Notes under the pieces: model-generated
Told to the model about the DNA's origin: nothing
What the model saw: only the letters and a program-made list of their open reading frames with translations
Databases searched by the model: none
Origin: Octopus vulgaris
Taxonomy: Eukaryota
Assembly: GCA_951406725.2 (NCBI GenBank)
Contig: OX597814.1
Coordinates: 192,200,001 to 192,264,000, forward strand
Direction: 5' to 3'
Length of the DNA: 64,000 nucleotides
Shown: positions 62,593 to 64,000 of the stretch, piece after piece
Layout: each line of letters begins with the position of its first letter
How positions within the stretch are numbered: the first letter of the stretch is position 1
Position numbers and translations under genes: made by a program

Positions 62593-63319
62593 ATCACACT
62601 GCTGACCAGAACTCCATATTGGACAAGAAGCTTTTTTTCTGTTCTAAACCTTTCTATCTAATTCTTTAGCATTTTGACTTAATGTGTTGCAAAGTTACCA
62701 CATTCTCAGGGGGTATCCTACATAATGAACACAAATGTTACCATTTCATATCACCACAGATCTATGTATTCCACTAAGCATTTCACCCAGTGTGCTAATA
62801 TTTCTGCCAGCTCACTGCCTTGTGGTACCTATTTTATCAACCCCCAAAAGGATGAAAGGCTAAGTCAACCTTGACAGAATGCAAAAGTGGATGAAATGCT
62901 GCTGGCATGCTAACAGTTTTGCCAGCTCCTTGCCTTTAGTGTTCAGATTATTCTATCAAACATAATGTTTATTGATTCACATTGATTTGAATTAATCATA
63001 CTTTATCTCATATCTTCAAGATCTTGATGGTGTAATTACTTAATGTAGAATAACATTGTAGGGTAGGTGTGAGAGCCTGGATCTGGTCAGTTTGATCATA
63101 AAACAGATTAAATATTTTGGCCGGTTTAAATACTAAAGGGTTAATCAATAATAATTGTTTTTAATTTTGATACAAGGCCAGCAATTTTTTAGAGGGTGGG
63201 TAAATTGAGAACATCAGCCCCAGTAGTCAACTGGTACCAAAACATTGTTTCCAAATATTTACCAATTCTTATGTATAAATCTGACTATAGTCCTTTTTTT
63301 TTTTTTATTTATTTTGCAG

Positions 63320-63378
63320 CTGGAAATCGCCGGGCTCCGCCACCTCCTCCTCCCCCTCCAATTTCTGCGGTGCGATGA
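63320..63378 (+). CDS. WIPF: WIP/verprolin family terminal coding exon (AGNRRAPPPPPPPPISAVR*)
   Basis: Acceptor tttattttgcag|CT in phase 1, with stop TGA at 63376-63378. The R-x-APPxPP C-terminus is typical of WIP proteins. Followed by 3'UTR-like sequence. Confidence 0.85.
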
Positions 63379-64000
63379 ATACTGCCATGGCCTCTTTTAC
63401 AACATGCAATATCTCAGCTCCAAAGCATCTCCATTCTGCTCCAGTTTCTCCATTCTCTTCCTTGTGATATCACAGACGGACGAATGAATGGACGGATGGA
63501 TGGACGGTGCTACTGCTGAGGATTCCAAGACTCCAGCATCAATCTACTTTATACTGTTGATAGCATATGTTGGATTTTTGTTTGAGAAAATTCTACATAC
63601 GAGGTTCTATGTGTATGTATATGTGTGTGTGTGTATGTATGTGCATGTGTATGTTTGCGCGTTTCTATGCATGTCTCCGCTACCCTTTCTTACTTCCTAG
63701 TTTACGCCTAAAACCATTTCTTTTATTCTTTTTGTTACCTTCCCCTTCCCTATTCCCTTCTTTTTAATTTTCCATTCGTAATTTCTAACCATGTTCTTCT
63801 AATGGAAATTTGCTACGGTGTAATGGGTTTCATCCTACATGACAGAACATAAGCTGGTATTCTACTTTATCTATCTATCTGCATACATTTATAAAAATGG
63901 AATAGATTTCTATAACAAACCTCGACTTCAAAAAATAGTGCCACCAGATGATTGTTCTGGAAATGTGTATTTTTTTTTCTTTTCATATGGAGTAAATAGC

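Overview
AT-rich, microsatellite- and SINE-dense animal genomic DNA. The repeat landscape suggests a cephalopod, probably Octopus (inference). The main gene is a spliced + strand WIP/verprolin (WIPF-family) gene. Its exons are 33663-33800, 37050-37772, 60171-60275 and 63320-63378, all joined in phase 1, with a candidate 4-nt first coding exon ATG-A|GTGAGT at 26423-26426. Upstream are four further phase-1 symmetric exons (1347-1688, 4787-5470, 7965-8765, 14262-14351) with WH2-like motifs and similar ends. They belong either to this gene or to a neighbouring gene. An intronless 413-aa ORF (50084-51325) is nested on the same strand in the large WIPF intron. It has an intact OTU deubiquitinase domain behind a Pro/Tyr-rich arm carrying PSAP, four PPxY and one YPxL motif. 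The rest is several SINE families, RTE/CR1/R4-like LINE fragments, two deleted mariners, MITEs, three long fold-back hairpins and Penelope-type repeats with variant minimal hammerhead-ribozyme folds.
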